A DNA stretch of 64,000 bases, taken from Batkoa obscura. Its lineage: Eukaryota. The notes beneath the pieces are model-generated. The model was not told the DNA's origin. It worked only from the letters and a program-made list of their open reading frames with translations, and searched no databases. The number at the start of each line of letters is the position of its first letter. The stretch's first letter is position 1. This document shows positions 62,512 to 64,000 of this stretch, piece by piece. The DNA lies in contig JASVEC010000002.1 of NCBI GenBank assembly GCA_030770535.1, positions 1,116,001 to 1,180,000 of the forward strand, read 5' to 3'. A program made the translations under genes and the position numbers.

Positions 62512-62859
62512 ATATATTAAAAATTACAGATAAACCTCTATACTGTTAGCCAATTTTGAATTCATTTTTTTGATTTTTTCCTTATAAATTTTTTAGTCTT
62601 AGACTTTCATTTTCAAAATTAATAATACTTCTATTATTTGTGTTTATAAAACAAAATTTTAAATACTTCATAGAATGCCTTATTACATTAGTCAAATATA
62701 AAAATAGTAGCTTCAAAATAAATTTAACTAAGTTTAAAATACCCATTTCATTAAATATGGAATTTCGTATAGTGCTTAAGCTTTTGTTTAAAACCACTAT
62801 TTTATTTATATTAATAATATAATTTTGAGTAGTTAAATAACATTCATACCTTAAAATTA

Positions 62860-64000
62860 CTAAAGGGGCCTTTGTACAACAGCAGAGTTCAACAAATTAG
62901 CTTCACTTAAAGTAATATCGCTTTTTTCCAATTTTTTAGTAGGGAAAGTCGTTTGCAACGTAAAGGGTTGGGTGGAGTTTATAGAGCTAGAATGTTTTAG
63001 ATATTATTTAAAAACAATAAAAAGACTTACGCTTGTACATAGTTATAAAGATCAGAAAGTGTGTGACTGTGATTAAATTTCGCAACTAGTCTAAAAATAT
63101 GTAAAAAAGTAGAAGAGATAGATATGTACTTCAATTACCTTCTGCCATCACTTAAACGTATCTGGATGGAAGTTTGAGGTAAATTAGGGTTGATTTCATA
63201 GGTGTGAGATGCATCTTGAATTTGAGATTCATTCTCGATAATGTTATATGGCTTAGCACTTGGTACAATACTAAATCTAAATTAACATATATATCAAAAG
63301 TAGAATAGTATGATGATACCTCCCTAATCTGTTCCCAGATCCTTGGAATGGCTTTGCAGAAACAGATGGACCTTTATAGTCTTCATCCATATTTCTCTGG
63401 ACATGAAGATCAACTCTTTGACCAGGTTGAACTCCAAGTAAACTAATTGGTGCTCTTCTATACATTTATTTTAGTATTGATTTTAAAATTTCTGTAAAAT
63501 TACCCTTCATTAACTCCACGTAAAAACTCTTGACCTTCGGGTGAAGTATAGCTTATTAATGGGCCGTCTTCTAATGCAAGGCCATTTCTCCATAATGTAA
63601 GTTTCTTGACAACCTGAAAATTTTAATCGATTCAAACCTTTGAGATATTTTTTTACCAACTCATTGTTTCTTTGAGGAGTACTTGGTTGTTGTGGAAAAG
63701 AACCTGGCAATGACAAATCTGGGTTTGAGCTAGAAGTAGCTTCATCACTTATTTTAAAGCCTGTGCCAGTAAAGATATTGGAAGGCTTTTTTTGTGAATT
63801 TTCCCCTTCTTCTTCCTCTTCATCAGATACAGGTTGATTGATTTTTGAAAATAGTCCATTTAAAAGTGAATTTACATTCTCAGGCATGTTAGGATATCTA
63901 ATTGCAGTTCCTGATTTTTCCCCTCCAGCAAAGAGATCTTGGCCACCTTCTTCTGGTAGATCTTCTCCTTTCAAATCGTCAAAAGTTTTAAATCTGCTAC
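62860..64000 (-). CDS. SHP1: p47/Shp1 SEP-UBX Cdc48 cofactor (5' end outside window)
   Basis: LFAGGEKSG, SEP domain (LWRNG...DGPL), SHP box FQGSGNRLG, UBX end (TTFPTKKL...EANLLNSAVVQR); several short introns. Confidence 0.92.

Overview
Very AT-rich eukaryotic DNA with short (~43-53 nt) GT-AG introns. The gene content points to a fungus; an early-diverging lineage such as Zoopagomycota is plausible but is only an inference. Host genes: two convergent small paralogues sharing a C-terminal FDxMLxxGFP...ISLTPxVA motif, a JmjC/zinc-finger protein, a long low-complexity protein, a secreted/GPI-type protein, a Ub-like+LRR protein, two SIT-family MFS siderophore transporters (one with ATCTGATAA iron-GATA sites upstream), a Cdc11/Nud1-like LRR scaffold, mRNA guanylyltransferase (with an 8-nt microexon), a SUZ-domain protein, mitochondrial L2, partial p47/Shp1, and three tRNAs (Pro-AGG, Val-AAC, Arg-ACG). 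The dominant signal is a three-tier mobile-element system. (1) A ~2.5-kb DDD-transposase element with GGGG termini and 4-bp ATAT target duplications (Sola2-like), present as five rearranged copies. (2) About 40 copies of a ~99-bp MITE that shares its ends and target site, repeatedly inserts into the transposase gene, and carries an intron-like GT...TACTAAC...TAG cassette. (3) A ~460-bp TG...CA solo-LTR-like element found only in or beside the first two. The copies form perfect or near-perfect inverted duplications with breakpoints at ATAT sites and show probable excision footprints. All coordinates were read by eye; no database searches were run.
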